DNA of 64,000 bases from a virus (Duplodnaviria; Caudoviricetes), in IMG/VR virus record IMGVR_UViG_3300037067_012889, positions 128,001 to 192,000 of that record. One strand, given 5' to 3'. Shown one piece after another: positions 39,177 to 48,584 of this stretch. The stretch's first letter is position 1; every line of letters starts with the position of its first letter. A model generated the notes under the pieces. It was not told the DNA's origin and did not search any database. It saw only the letters and a program-made list of their open reading frames with translations. A program made the translations under genes and the position numbers.

Positions 39177-40145
39177 ATGTTGAGTCTCGTAAGAAAACCC
39201 GATGGTAAAAAATGCAAGAGTAAAAAAGAGACTACGTGGGAACCAGAATATCGCACACCAGAACGCGATCTCGACAAACTAATCGACGTAAACGAGCCTG
39301 GTCTACCAGCGATACATAGTGTCAATAAAACATCAACCTTACCCAAGGAATTATCCTGGGGCCACATGAGAGAGGGTAAAACTATGTTATCGTCGACTCT
39401 AGATAAGAAACTCAACAAAGCACTAGAGCCATTGATATCGAACACCAAATTCGATGATGATAATACCCAGCTTGCATTAGAAGAGATGATGCGCATTACC
39501 ACATCGCCACGAAGATTTGACAATCAGATCCAATTCTCGCAATATCTCACCGAGGGAATTATTCTAAATGTCAACAGATTGGTGTCACAAAGCATTGGGA
39601 TCCCACAAGGTGAATATGTTCTATATAACATCACACCAGAAAAGGCGATGTTAGTCCCAACAGACGAAATCACAGTTCAAGAAACCGACTTTAGCAAGTT
39701 ACCAAAAACTTTCGAAATCCACACAAGTAAACTTCTAGGATGTTGGAACAAAATCGAGGGCACCATAACAGAAGCAGATACTGCGAATGTATCTGGAAGA
39801 CCACCGAGACGATTTGGCCACAAAGAGATTGAACAAACATCGCAGTCGAAATACAAGAATGTTCCGGAAGTCGTATCAGCTCTTGAAAGAGCTGGGAAAA
39901 CACAAGAAGAAGTTGCAGACGAAATTGGCGTCCATCCATCTACCGTCAGCAGATACAAACATGCAACGAGTAAAAAAGGTGGTCGAGTCCCAAGTTTAGG
40001 TGCTGCATTGAAGTTGGCCGATGCTACTGGTGGAAATATTGAAGCTATGTTCGGAAATGTTGAGCCGCCGACCAAGCGCAAAGCTACGAGTGGTAGTGGA
40101 GGTGGTCGAAATCCGACATATAAGAGTGGCAACGCGGACAAATAG
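39177..40145 (+). CDS. protein with C-terminal XRE/Cro-type HTH
   Basis: GKTQEEVADEIGVHPSTVSRY...PSLGAALKLA; YLTE and TITE sites upstream. Confidence 0.75.
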   Translation: MLSLVRKPDGKKCKSKKETTWEPEYRTPERDLDKLIDVNEPGLPAIHSVNKTSTLPKELSWGHMREGKTMLSSTLDKKLNKALEPLISNTKFDDDNTQLALEEMMRITTSPRRFDNQIQFSQYLTEGIILNVNRLVSQSIGIPQGEYVLYNITPEKAMLVPTDEITVQETDFSKLPKTFEIHTSKLLGCWNKIEGTITEADTANVSGRPPRRFGHKEIEQTSQSKYKNVPEVVSALERAGKTQEEVADEIGVHPSTVSRYKHATSKKGGRVPSLGAALKLADATGGNIEAMFGNVEPPTKRKATSGSGGGRNPTYKSGNADK

Positions 40146-40215
40146 ATATAAAAATTAAATATCGTTATATATTCTAGATAGTAAATAATATATTATCAAC
40201 ATCCAGGAGTATGTC

Positions 40216-40641
40216 ATGTATATTGAGCCAGTGCCTATAGGTGGAGCATATGATAAATCCTGCACTGTCTTTGAAATAAAGATATATGATCATCTCAACC
40301 ACATAGATCCCGGTGAGTTTGGACTAACCGGAGTACCAAAACTTGATCCGGAAATGTATTATGTCACTAGCGGTGACGCTATTTGCAAAACCAATCAGCT
40401 ACACAAAGATTTATGGTTATTAGTTGGTAAAATTCAAAAACTCGCTGGTAAGAATCCCACAAAACAGCTCACATTATATCTAAAAGCCTTGTATAGTTGT
40501 GCTGTTAAATCGAAAGTACTAATCGATAAGCTCAAAATAGCGAAAGGCGAAGCTATTTTTCTTGAAACAGAATGGCGAGACGGACGCGTGATATGTGTAG
40601 CTAAAAACCCGCGCCCAAAAATTAAGATTGCCGAAATCTAG
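40216..40641 (+). CDS. hypothetical protein
   Basis: AGGAG RBS, 141 aa. Confidence 0.65.
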   Translation: MYIEPVPIGGAYDKSCTVFEIKIYDHLNHIDPGEFGLTGVPKLDPEMYYVTSGDAICKTNQLHKDLWLLVGKIQKLAGKNPTKQLTLYLKALYSCAVKSKVLIDKLKIAKGEAIFLETEWRDGRVICVAKNPRPKIKIAEI

Positions 40642-40661
40642 TCGTTATCAAAAACGATTTT

Positions 40662-41492
40662 TCACTCATATCTCCACGCAATCAACTCTTGTTCAACAAG
40701 ACCTGTAGTATATCTGGGTTGCACACTATGTTGTAAGTCTACGATTTTTGTCTTCGCATCAGTTCCACTGAATTGTTCGACAATAAATGGGTGTGCCTTG
40801 TTAGTATAAATGAATTGCTGACCACTCTTCAAAATACACCCAATTAGTGCTGTCTGGTCTTCTGCTGTGAATTCACCACTATAACCAGTGAATTTCTTCT
40901 TGTCATCATAGTATGGAGGGTCTAGGAAAACCACACATTTCTCACATAGTGACTGTATAGTAGTTATCGCATCGTTTTTACAGATTAAAGTTCCCTGCAA
41001 CGCCGCAGAATCACATCGTATCAATTCTTCATTGCAAATTTCTGGATTTTTGTAGCTTCCTGGCGGAACATTGAATCGGCCCTGTTTATTGATACGCATC
41101 AAACCATTGAAACACGTACGCAATAAAAACATGATTCTAGAAGCACGCATGATGGGATCGGTTGGACTAGATGCTCGTATTGCTCGATATGTCTCCAAAG
41201 ATTGGCCATCTGATTTATGGACATATTTATAATCCGGTTTTTTCAATTCTCTGATAAGATCTTCTGGCCGATCTCTAATTACAATATAAAGATTTATCAA
41301 CTCTGCGTTAGTGTCGGCTATAACTCGATGCTTGAACCTATTATGAACCGTCCAATATAAAGCTCCACCACCAATCATTGGCTCACAATACCCAAGCTCC
41401 ATATCACCGCTTAAGAAATTTAAAATTATATGTAATTCCGAAAGCAGATATGTCTTACCACCAGCCCATTTGATAAAAGGTTTCGGATCCAT
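40662..41492 (-). CDS. dam: Dam-family (D12 class) DNA adenine methyltransferase
   Basis: KPFIKWAGGK, EPMIGGGA, FNGL.R.N..G.FNVP.G, FLDPPY. Confidence 0.92.
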   Translation of the reverse strand: MDPKPFIKWAGGKTYLLSELHIILNFLSGDMELGYCEPMIGGGALYWTVHNRFKHRVIADTNAELINLYIVIRDRPEDLIRELKKPDYKYVHKSDGQSLETYRAIRASSPTDPIMRASRIMFLLRTCFNGLMRINKQGRFNVPPGSYKNPEICNEELIRCDSAALQGTLICKNDAITTIQSLCEKCVVFLDPPYYDDKKKFTGYSGEFTAEDQTALIGCILKSGQQFIYTNKAHPFIVEQFSGTDAKTKIVDLQHSVQPRYTTGLVEQELIAWRYE

Positions 41493-41568
41493 ATTAACCC
41501 AATGTATCCTTCGTGCTATAATGACGTATTTGATGAATGTTAAATACTACACATTAACAGAGGCAACC

Positions 41569-42279
41569 ATGCATCCAGGTTTATATGTTGTGTTCGAGGG
41601 ATCGGATTTCTCCGGTAAGAGTACATTGGCACACATGGTTATGGAGGAACTTCGAAATACCGATCTCAATTGTATTCTCACTCATCATCCCGGATCTACT
41701 CCTCTTGGAAAACATCTGCGTAAGCTCGTAAAAACCCCAGAAGAATTTGACGAGCCTGGCGCTGATCCGATAGTCATCGATAGTATGTCGGCGCAGATGT
41801 TGATGATGGTCGATCACAGCAATTTTATCAGCACCAAATTGATTCCATATCTTGATGAAGGTGGTGTTGTTTTAGCAGATAGATCTAATTACATCAGTTG
41901 CATTGTTTATGGTGTAGCAGAGGGTCTAAAATTAACATCGATCAACAAATTGCTGAGTTTAGTGCAATCGCCGATACCAGATAGAGTCTTCATCATCTCG
42001 AACAGATGGGAAACAATCCAAGAGCGCATGAAGAAGTCTGATCGCACTAAGTCAGACAGATTTGATAATAATGAAAACTTATTACGCCATGTTGGCGAAT
42101 TGTATGATAACCTTCTGCAATTAAGCCCAGAATCTTTAATGATGCTGTCGCGATATGTACCATTAGAGCATATTGTGTATCTCAATGGTGACACACCAGC
42201 CATAGAATTAGCAAAAACAGTATCGCAAAAAATAATACGAATGGCAAATGAGAAATCGGCGAATAATGTCGCCCAGTAA
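41569..42279 (+). CDS. tmk: thymidylate kinase
   Basis: VVFEGSDFSGKST P-loop, THHPGSTPLG, VLADR; start moved to ATG 41569 (GAGG). Confidence 0.9.
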   Translation: MHPGLYVVFEGSDFSGKSTLAHMVMEELRNTDLNCILTHHPGSTPLGKHLRKLVKTPEEFDEPGADPIVIDSMSAQMLMMVDHSNFISTKLIPYLDEGGVVLADRSNYISCIVYGVAEGLKLTSINKLLSLVQSPIPDRVFIISNRWETIQERMKKSDRTKSDRFDNNENLLRHVGELYDNLLQLSPESLMMLSRYVPLEHIVYLNGDTPAIELAKTVSQKIIRMANEKSANNVAQ

Positions 42280-42541
42280 GGCCCTGTAATCGCTCTTTCT
42301 TATATCTTTTGAATTGCTGTATTTTCTTTGCAGCAAGCATTTCCTCATTTGAGATTGGTTTTGCCTCTACGAAGCGTAGGCCCTTGCTACGCAATGCACG
42401 CCTTATCTTATTAAATTCTACGTAGACATTATCTGAACCAATCTCAGTTATAAAAATCTGTATTTTATCATTTGGGTCAACCGCAATGCATCTCCACCAT
42501 CGTAATTGAGACACATCAAAATTATCATTCATGCCATCCAT
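42182..42541 (-). CDS. C-terminally membrane-anchored hypothetical protein
   Basis: C-terminal hydrophobic tail; overlaps the tmk 3' end on the opposite strand. Confidence 0.5.
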   Translation of the reverse strand: MDGMNDNFDVSQLRWWRCIAVDPNDKIQIFITEIGSDNVYVEFNKIRRALRSKGLRFVEAKPISNEEMLAAKKIQQFKRYKKERLQGLTGRHYSPISHLPFVLFFAILFLLILWLVCHH

Positions 42542-42556
42542 AGGAACTGAAATACA

Positions 42557-43063
42557 ATGAGCCCAGAAGGCAGTTTAAATCCAACACTGGTGTTTCCGGC
42601 ATCTGAGAGCGAAATACATGTATATCCGTCAGACTACGTACGATTAGAATTTAAGCGTGTTCATCGAGATGCACGAGTTCCATATCGCAAGCGTGAGACC
42701 GATGCCGGATACGATCTGTTCTCAATCGAAGAAGTCACGATCAAACCACATTCTACTGAAAACATCAGGACCGGTGTTATCGTAGTTTGCCCGAAAGGAT
42801 GGCAACTTCTCATTGAGGGGCGATCGAGTGTATGGATTAATGGCGTCGCGCCTTTTCATGCTGTTATAGACAGCACATATACTGGAGAAATGATGGTTCG
42901 GCTCATGAATGTCAGCGACACTCCGTATCATATCGAAAAACATGATAGGATAGCACAATTCGTTTTACATAAAGCATACAGTGCCGTATTTGTCGAAGTT
43001 GATGAATTCAGCCCTGACTATAATCAAAGAGGAGAAGCTGGTTTTGGATCATCAGGCCGATAG
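42557..43063 (+). CDS. dut: trimeric dUTPase
   Basis: DAGYDL, GRSS, VIDSTYTGE, DRIAQ, RGEAGFGSSG. Confidence 0.95.
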   Translation: MSPEGSLNPTLVFPASESEIHVYPSDYVRLEFKRVHRDARVPYRKRETDAGYDLFSIEEVTIKPHSTENIRTGVIVVCPKGWQLLIEGRSSVWINGVAPFHAVIDSTYTGEMMVRLMNVSDTPYHIEKHDRIAQFVLHKAYSAVFVEVDEFSPDYNQRGEAGFGSSGR

Positions 43064-43095
43064 CATTCGAACTTACAACACATGAGCCGTAAAAA

Positions 43096-43392
43096 ATGCT
43101 TGTAGTAATTTATGGAAAAGCAATCGACGATAAAGAAATAGGGATATATATAGACGGTGTCTTCTTCGGTGGTATAGCTGAAAATCAAGAAGATGCTGAA
43201 CAACTAGCCAAAGAATGTGTAAATTATACCGTTGGTGGAGTTGCAATTCCCAAAATAATTCCAATCGGCCGTAAAAATTTACACGAAATATTCAAAGAGG
43301 CAAAAATTCGCTTCGACAAAATCGAGAGAGAAATGATTGAAGCTGAATCGATCATACAAGCTAATCAACAGAGATGTAAAAACAAAAAATAG
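43096..43392 (+). CDS. hypothetical protein
   Basis: 98 aa ORF. Confidence 0.6.
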   Translation: MLVVIYGKAIDDKEIGIYIDGVFFGGIAENQEDAEQLAKECVNYTVGGVAIPKIIPIGRKNLHEIFKEAKIRFDKIEREMIEAESIIQANQQRCKNKK

Positions 43393-43481
43393 CTCTCCGA
43401 CCTTTTCTCTTGTATCTTCTTTACGCATTCGCTACTTCGGCACATCGGAAGCCATAACGCAAAACAATCTAAAAAGAAACG

Positions 43482-43748
43482 TCACACGGGCTTCTTGTGA
43501 TATTTGTAATATATAATCATTATCAGCCATATAGTGTTCGCTACTGCCAAAACCGCCCCACCGACAAGAGAAACAAATTGTTCAAGGTGCGGATAATAAT
43601 ATAAATTCCAATATCCCCAAGTAACAAAGAATAATACAGCAGCCCAAGAAACACCTTTTACTTCTTTATCGCGATAAAGAGTTTTGATGTGCAACCATAT
43701 GAAGTATCCACCAAAAATCTCAAACAAACCATTGATAATGTCGGCCAT
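43482..43748 (-). CDS. PQ-loop/SemiSWEET-like 3-TM membrane protein
   Basis: IKTLYRDKEVKGVSW...WG.W..YY...AN pattern, 88 aa. Confidence 0.6.
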   Translation of the reverse strand: MADIINGLFEIFGGYFIWLHIKTLYRDKEVKGVSWAAVLFFVTWGYWNLYYYPHLEQFVSLVGGAVLAVANTIWLIMIIYYKYHKKPV

Positions 43749-43749
43749 G

Positions 43750-43935
43750 CTATATAAGGTTGGCGCGTTGTTTGAATTGCCGAGTTGCCCTAGCTAATGC
43801 GACATATTTACAACATCCAAAACCTTTGGCGTGTATGCATCTTTGGCCGTTCCAACCACCTTCTACACGGCATATCCAACGCGGCTTCTTACCATTATAA
43901 CAATAGAAGACTGCACTAATGTATGGTCGATCCAT
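43750..43935 (-). CDS. small hypothetical protein
   Basis: 61 aa filling the gap in a minus-strand operon. Confidence 0.4.
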   Translation of the reverse strand: MDRPYISAVFYCYNGKKPRWICRVEGGWNGQRCIHAKGFGCCKYVALARATRQFKQRANLI

Positions 43936-43940
43936 TATAT

Positions 43941-46370
43941 CTATGCCAATTCAAGCTGGCCGTGAGTGTACTCACTAAAAGCACGATCATATCCTCGCAA
44001 TACAATACGTCTTAACTTACAGCCTGGAAACATTCGCATCCCAAATTTTCCCATGGGACTTTCTCTTACGATTGGAAAATAAGGTGTCGAAATTGCTACT
44101 GGCGTTGGCAATATTCCACTTGCATCAGTACTTGGTGGTATAAGCAATCCATTCCACCATATCCATACCTGATTACCACGCTGCATGATCTCTAGCTCGT
44201 TCCAATATTCGACGCTACCTGTTGTTTCCGACGATATACCAAATCCACCATCATACACGACAAATCCCGGCTGATTCACTGCCGGAATATCTCCACTACC
44301 ATTATATGTGGCGTCTTGAATATAAGTGCCGCTGACAGCATATCCTGGCGTTAGGCCACGTACAAAGTCATCTGCTACGTCGATTGTATCGTCTTCGTAA
44401 TCAATACCGACGTCGAGAGTCCCAACCTTGAAATATAGTTCAACCTTGCCCGCAGACGTCAAATTGAAGTTAAGTCTGACACACGGTCCACTATATTCTT
44501 GATGCAGAATCTGTGCAATCTCGGAAATAAGACCAACAAATGGGCTTGAACCGATTAATGCCACAACGTCTTCGGCATGCAAGGAACACATCGCTTTATA
44601 TGTGTAACTCCATGTATGCCCAGCATTTAAGCCGGTCAACAGCCGCAATGTTCCAAACTGCGGCAATTCCTGGAAACTAGCACCACGAAGTAGTACGTAA
44701 TATCCTGTGCCACCGGTAAGCGCTCCGGTTTCAACGACATTCAAGAAATATTCTTCATTTCCGTCGATTGGTGCATTCAACAAGATGTCATATGGAGGAT
44801 AGACGCCAGTTTCTGACGGCCGCCCAATGGCTATATTAGCTAAGCACGAAGAACCAATATGTCTATTCCATAAGCAAACTGGACGTTGCCGATAAGTTTC
44901 TGTAGACGATTGCCGTTCTACACGCAGCCCAGGAAGTGATGTATCAATCGATGCAATATATTGATCATTTACATCGAATATCATAATTTCAGAACCGGAC
45001 GTGCCACCAGACGCTGATTCTGTCACTTCCGTCAATAAATATGGCGGATCAATACCCGTCATACCCCATACTTTGTGCTCGAAATTGCGAACGTCGGTGA
45101 CAAGCTCAAAATCGAAGGTAGCAGTTGGTGTCGATGGTTCCGTTCTGGCTGTCAGCTGCGTACCAAATTCAACACATCCAACCTCAGACCAAACACTACC
45201 GGCATCAAGGCTTGGTTTACGATTAAAAACGTATTGACGAATTGGTACATCGTTAACAGAGCCAACTTCGAAGAACCACATATCGATGACAGTACCGATT
45301 GGAAGAATTCCAATCGTCTTATCTAATACTAGTGCTTTGCTGTTGACTCCACCTTCTGGATAATCGTATTGCCAGACGTTTGTCGCTATAAATGAAGTAT
45401 TATCGGCGACAGTTGCACCATGGACGTCCCACCATTTACAGACATACTGGTTTGTTGCCAATACCTGCGTAGTGTAGTCTGTAATGACTGCTGCACGCTT
45501 TGTAAGTAGGTTACCATTATATAACAAACCACCAAGAATACCTGGTGTTGATACCATGTCCAAATCGAAACGAATTTGGTCACCGTTGGCATCACTTCCC
45601 ATGAACCACACGCATTCAGGCGTTGCACCGGCACCGGGAGTAAACGCCCAGCCAACATTAGTCGATGTGCTATTCGTCGCTGAACGTTTCAAAACCAATT
45701 CATATTCACCGACACCAGGAGCAACGGAATCATCATATCGTTTAAAAATCAGCGATGGATATGTAGTCTTCGTATTGAGCGACGCATCCGGGTTTGATGT
45801 GTTGACTATCAAACTCTCCGGCATGAGATAAACCTTCATCTCACCATACGTGCTAAGTCCAGGTAATTTACCAGCACATGACGGCGGACGTATAGTACTT
45901 GTTTCTGTAGAATCTTGCACCCAATAAATAGATGCACATGTTTCGACATTGCAACTCAACGGAATTGGAGAATCGACGGTCCATCGAATAACATTGCCAA
46001 ACCGCTCGATCGATATAAATTCACTTCCTGCGGCTAAGATTACGTCTCCCTGTAGCCAACCACCATCATCGGGGAAACCACCGCCTTGGAATCCAACGAT
46101 GCCAAGCCGCATCTGAGTCAATGCATCCAATTTGCATTTGTCGTCCGCAGCCATCAAACCCATTGTGTCACATGTAGCAGTTGGTATTGGGTCAGACGAG
46201 ATATGGCTTGTTCCATGTATTCCTATTTGGCTGATTTGACTATCTCGACCCCACAACGATCGAGTTTCAGCGTCATAAGCAAACCCACTAATTATATCGT
46301 CAGGACCGCTTACCTGAATCCATTGCTTATCAACTAATGAAGAATGGAGCGGTATTTTCGTTAGTGGCAT
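43941..46370 (-). CDS. virion structural (baseplate/fibre) protein
   Basis: HG.SH...DPIPTAT..TMGLM.A.DK.KLD tail-fibre-type motif; 809 aa; GGAG RBS. Confidence 0.7.
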   Translation of the reverse strand: MPLTKIPLHSSLVDKQWIQVSGPDDIISGFAYDAETRSLWGRDSQISQIGIHGTSHISSDPIPTATCDTMGLMAADDKCKLDALTQMRLGIVGFQGGGFPDDGGWLQGDVILAAGSEFISIERFGNVIRWTVDSPIPLSCNVETCASIYWVQDSTETSTIRPPSCAGKLPGLSTYGEMKVYLMPESLIVNTSNPDASLNTKTTYPSLIFKRYDDSVAPGVGEYELVLKRSATNSTSTNVGWAFTPGAGATPECVWFMGSDANGDQIRFDLDMVSTPGILGGLLYNGNLLTKRAAVITDYTTQVLATNQYVCKWWDVHGATVADNTSFIATNVWQYDYPEGGVNSKALVLDKTIGILPIGTVIDMWFFEVGSVNDVPIRQYVFNRKPSLDAGSVWSEVGCVEFGTQLTARTEPSTPTATFDFELVTDVRNFEHKVWGMTGIDPPYLLTEVTESASGGTSGSEIMIFDVNDQYIASIDTSLPGLRVERQSSTETYRQRPVCLWNRHIGSSCLANIAIGRPSETGVYPPYDILLNAPIDGNEEYFLNVVETGALTGGTGYYVLLRGASFQELPQFGTLRLLTGLNAGHTWSYTYKAMCSLHAEDVVALIGSSPFVGLISEIAQILHQEYSGPCVRLNFNLTSAGKVELYFKVGTLDVGIDYEDDTIDVADDFVRGLTPGYAVSGTYIQDATYNGSGDIPAVNQPGFVVYDGGFGISSETTGSVEYWNELEIMQRGNQVWIWWNGLLIPPSTDASGILPTPVAISTPYFPIVRESPMGKFGMRMFPGCKLRRIVLRGYDRAFSEYTHGQLELA

Positions 46371-46418
46371 ATGTGTTCTCCAAATGAAGTCATTTATATC
46401 TTTGGGCTGAAAATAATC

Positions 46419-48218
46419 CTAAAATTCGATTGCTGCGTGGCTGACTGATGGAGAAAATCTACTACCCTCAGATATTTTACCACGATTGTCTACAATAATA
46501 TCTAGATATCCTGGCTTAATGAGAACTGGTAGTAGCTTCCATTTACGCGAAATTATCGTAGCTGGCAACCGCCCAGCATGCGCGAATTCACCCTTAGGAA
46601 TTCTGTTATCTTCTGTGTAATCCTTTACCGCAGATCTTGGAATTTCTATAACTATCCCTGGTTTAGTTATTGTTGGTTTGAACGAATATGGTGCAAAACC
46701 ATTTGCATAATATTCAGCTGTTTCTACATCTCCATAGAATGTCAAATCGTCTTGGCCAATGTTGTGAGTTCCAGAAGAATATAACTGCTTAGATTTGACT
46801 GTCTTTATCCATTCATCCCAACTCATCCCTCTATAGACAAATCCTTCCCTGCCCATTATTTCTGTTTTTGCTGATGGCTCTTTATATTTATATTGTTCTT
46901 TATCGATGTCGATAGAATATATCGGCTCAGCCTTAGAGGGCTCGCCAACTTTCGGATATATCTCGAATCTATAAGTCTTCTCATTCCAATAATCATCAAT
47001 TTTTATGAGTCTATACGCCCAGCGGCTAGCATTGAATTTAGTTTCATCGCCCCATGGTTTAGAATGTAAAACAGTCAGTATTCTCTCGACTTCGTCTTTA
47101 TCGTAGTCTATTCCGGGTTTAGTTGTAATAGAGAAATGCTTTTTCTCATCCAAGAGATGGGATTCACATAGCACATTCTTAACGATATTGTTCTTGAAAT
47201 GCTCAACCGCTTCGGCAATAATGGCGTCTGCACAATCAGATTTAATAACCAACTCTTTACCAACGACTTCAAATAGTACTGTATGATCGTAATCCCATCC
47301 AGCATCAAACAATATTTCAGCATGGCTTATGACTGAATCGACAACAAATTGTTTCGATATTGTGTCGAATACAGCCAGTAGATTGCGACCTCTGGATTCT
47401 GAGAGTAATCTATGACCTGGTTTATGATTGTTAATGTATGATTTACTCTCATATCCCAAATCATCCAAATGATATTCCGGGCCATATCCTAAATCATCTG
47501 ACTCTTCTACGTCTTCTGGTTCCGGTAACTCTTCCGGCTCCTCCATTTTACGTAGTTCTTTTTGTAATGCTACTTGGCGTTCTAATTCTTTTAATTTCTT
47601 TCTGTCTCTGACATATCGTGTAGCTTTAGCCTTCTTTGCTACGTCGCTGCCAGCAATACCAATTCTCTCTGGTGATGTTCTGCGTCTTTGCTTCTCCGGT
47701 TCATATAAGCGACGCTTCAACCTCCAAGCTTCTCTATCTAATTCATCAGTATTCTTATCGATAGTTTTAGCCGGATCTGTTACATGACTCGCCTTGTCGG
47801 TATCAAGACTCGTCTTAATCTTTTCGTCTTTAGGACTTGATTTTGGTTTAACATATGTGTTTAATTCATTATGCTCTATTGATTTGATATATTTCGTATC
47901 ATAGGTCCTATAGTACATCGCAATATCTGGTAGTATAGATTTTAAATATCGATATCGAGATCGTAATGTGTCTCTTCTGAAAATCCTGTTTGCCGCCTTA
48001 CGCAGTCTATCAAGCTGGCCACTAGATAAATAATTAAGATTAATACCAGCAATCAACTGATTCTTTGTAGTCTGGTTTTTCCAATTGCCAAGAATCAGTA
48101 CGTCTGGTTTTGGGTCTGTGTTGTATGATAAATATTTAAAACTATCTCTTGGATAAGAACCACTCTTAAGGCGTCTGCCAGTACCTGTCTTACTCAGCTT
48201 GCGTTCAATTAGTTTCAT
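46419..48218 (-). CDS. putative head protein: T4 gp2 (DNA end protector)-like N-domain + ADP-ribosyltransferase-like C-domain
   Basis: FKY...DPKPDVL...GINLNYL...YRTY (gp2-like); VYRG...TFY....AEYYA...IVIEI...GEF (ART-like); LLSE, VLCE and LLDE sites between them. Confidence 0.5.
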   Translation of the reverse strand: MKLIERKLSKTGTGRRLKSGSYPRDSFKYLSYNTDPKPDVLILGNWKNQTTKNQLIAGINLNYLSSGQLDRLRKAANRIFRRDTLRSRYRYLKSILPDIAMYYRTYDTKYIKSIEHNELNTYVKPKSSPKDEKIKTSLDTDKASHVTDPAKTIDKNTDELDREAWRLKRRLYEPEKQRRRTSPERIGIAGSDVAKKAKATRYVRDRKKLKELERQVALQKELRKMEEPEELPEPEDVEESDDLGYGPEYHLDDLGYESKSYINNHKPGHRLLSESRGRNLLAVFDTISKQFVVDSVISHAEILFDAGWDYDHTVLFEVVGKELVIKSDCADAIIAEAVEHFKNNIVKNVLCESHLLDEKKHFSITTKPGIDYDKDEVERILTVLHSKPWGDETKFNASRWAYRLIKIDDYWNEKTYRFEIYPKVGEPSKAEPIYSIDIDKEQYKYKEPSAKTEIMGREGFVYRGMSWDEWIKTVKSKQLYSSGTHNIGQDDLTFYGDVETAEYYANGFAPYSFKPTITKPGIVIEIPRSAVKDYTEDNRIPKGEFAHAGRLPATIISRKWKLLPVLIKPGYLDIIVDNRGKISEGSRFSPSVSHAAIEF

Positions 48219-48505
48219 AGAACTGACGCGGCTAAAACTCTGTTTGGAATAAAATAAGTCTCTGCTCCAATAATTTTCACCTCGCCAAACCCACGCGATT
48301 CAAGTGCATATAACAGTTGTTCTATATTCGATGTATCTCCGAATTTGTTGAGATTTCTAATATCATCAATCGATATACTACCGGTTGGCTGCGACATTCT
48401 AGATATCACAACGAATAACTTCTTCGCGTCGTATGAAAGTTTATTAAAAAGCTTAGCTTGAGTACCTTGCTTGTTCTCGATAATTGGTATCCTAATAGTT
48501 CGCAT
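48215..48505 (-). CDS. small winged-helix-like protein
   Basis: LSYDAKKLF...ISIDDI...LLYALESRGF. Confidence 0.5.
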   Translation of the reverse strand: MRTIRIPIIENKQGTQAKLFNKLSYDAKKLFVVISRMSQPTGSISIDDIRNLNKFGDTSNIEQLLYALESRGFGEVKIIGAETYFIPNRVLAASVL

Positions 48506-48526
48506 AATTTATCTACCCATACAACA

Positions 48527-48563
48527 AAGGCGACAGGCGGCATTAATCCGCTCCTGTCGCCTT
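48527..48563 (-). terminator. rho-independent terminator
   Basis: aaggcgacagg...cctgtcgcctt stem followed by a T-rich tail on the minus strand, just after the 48585 stop. Confidence 0.75.
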
Positions 48564-48584
48564 CTTATCGGTCAAGGATTCCTA

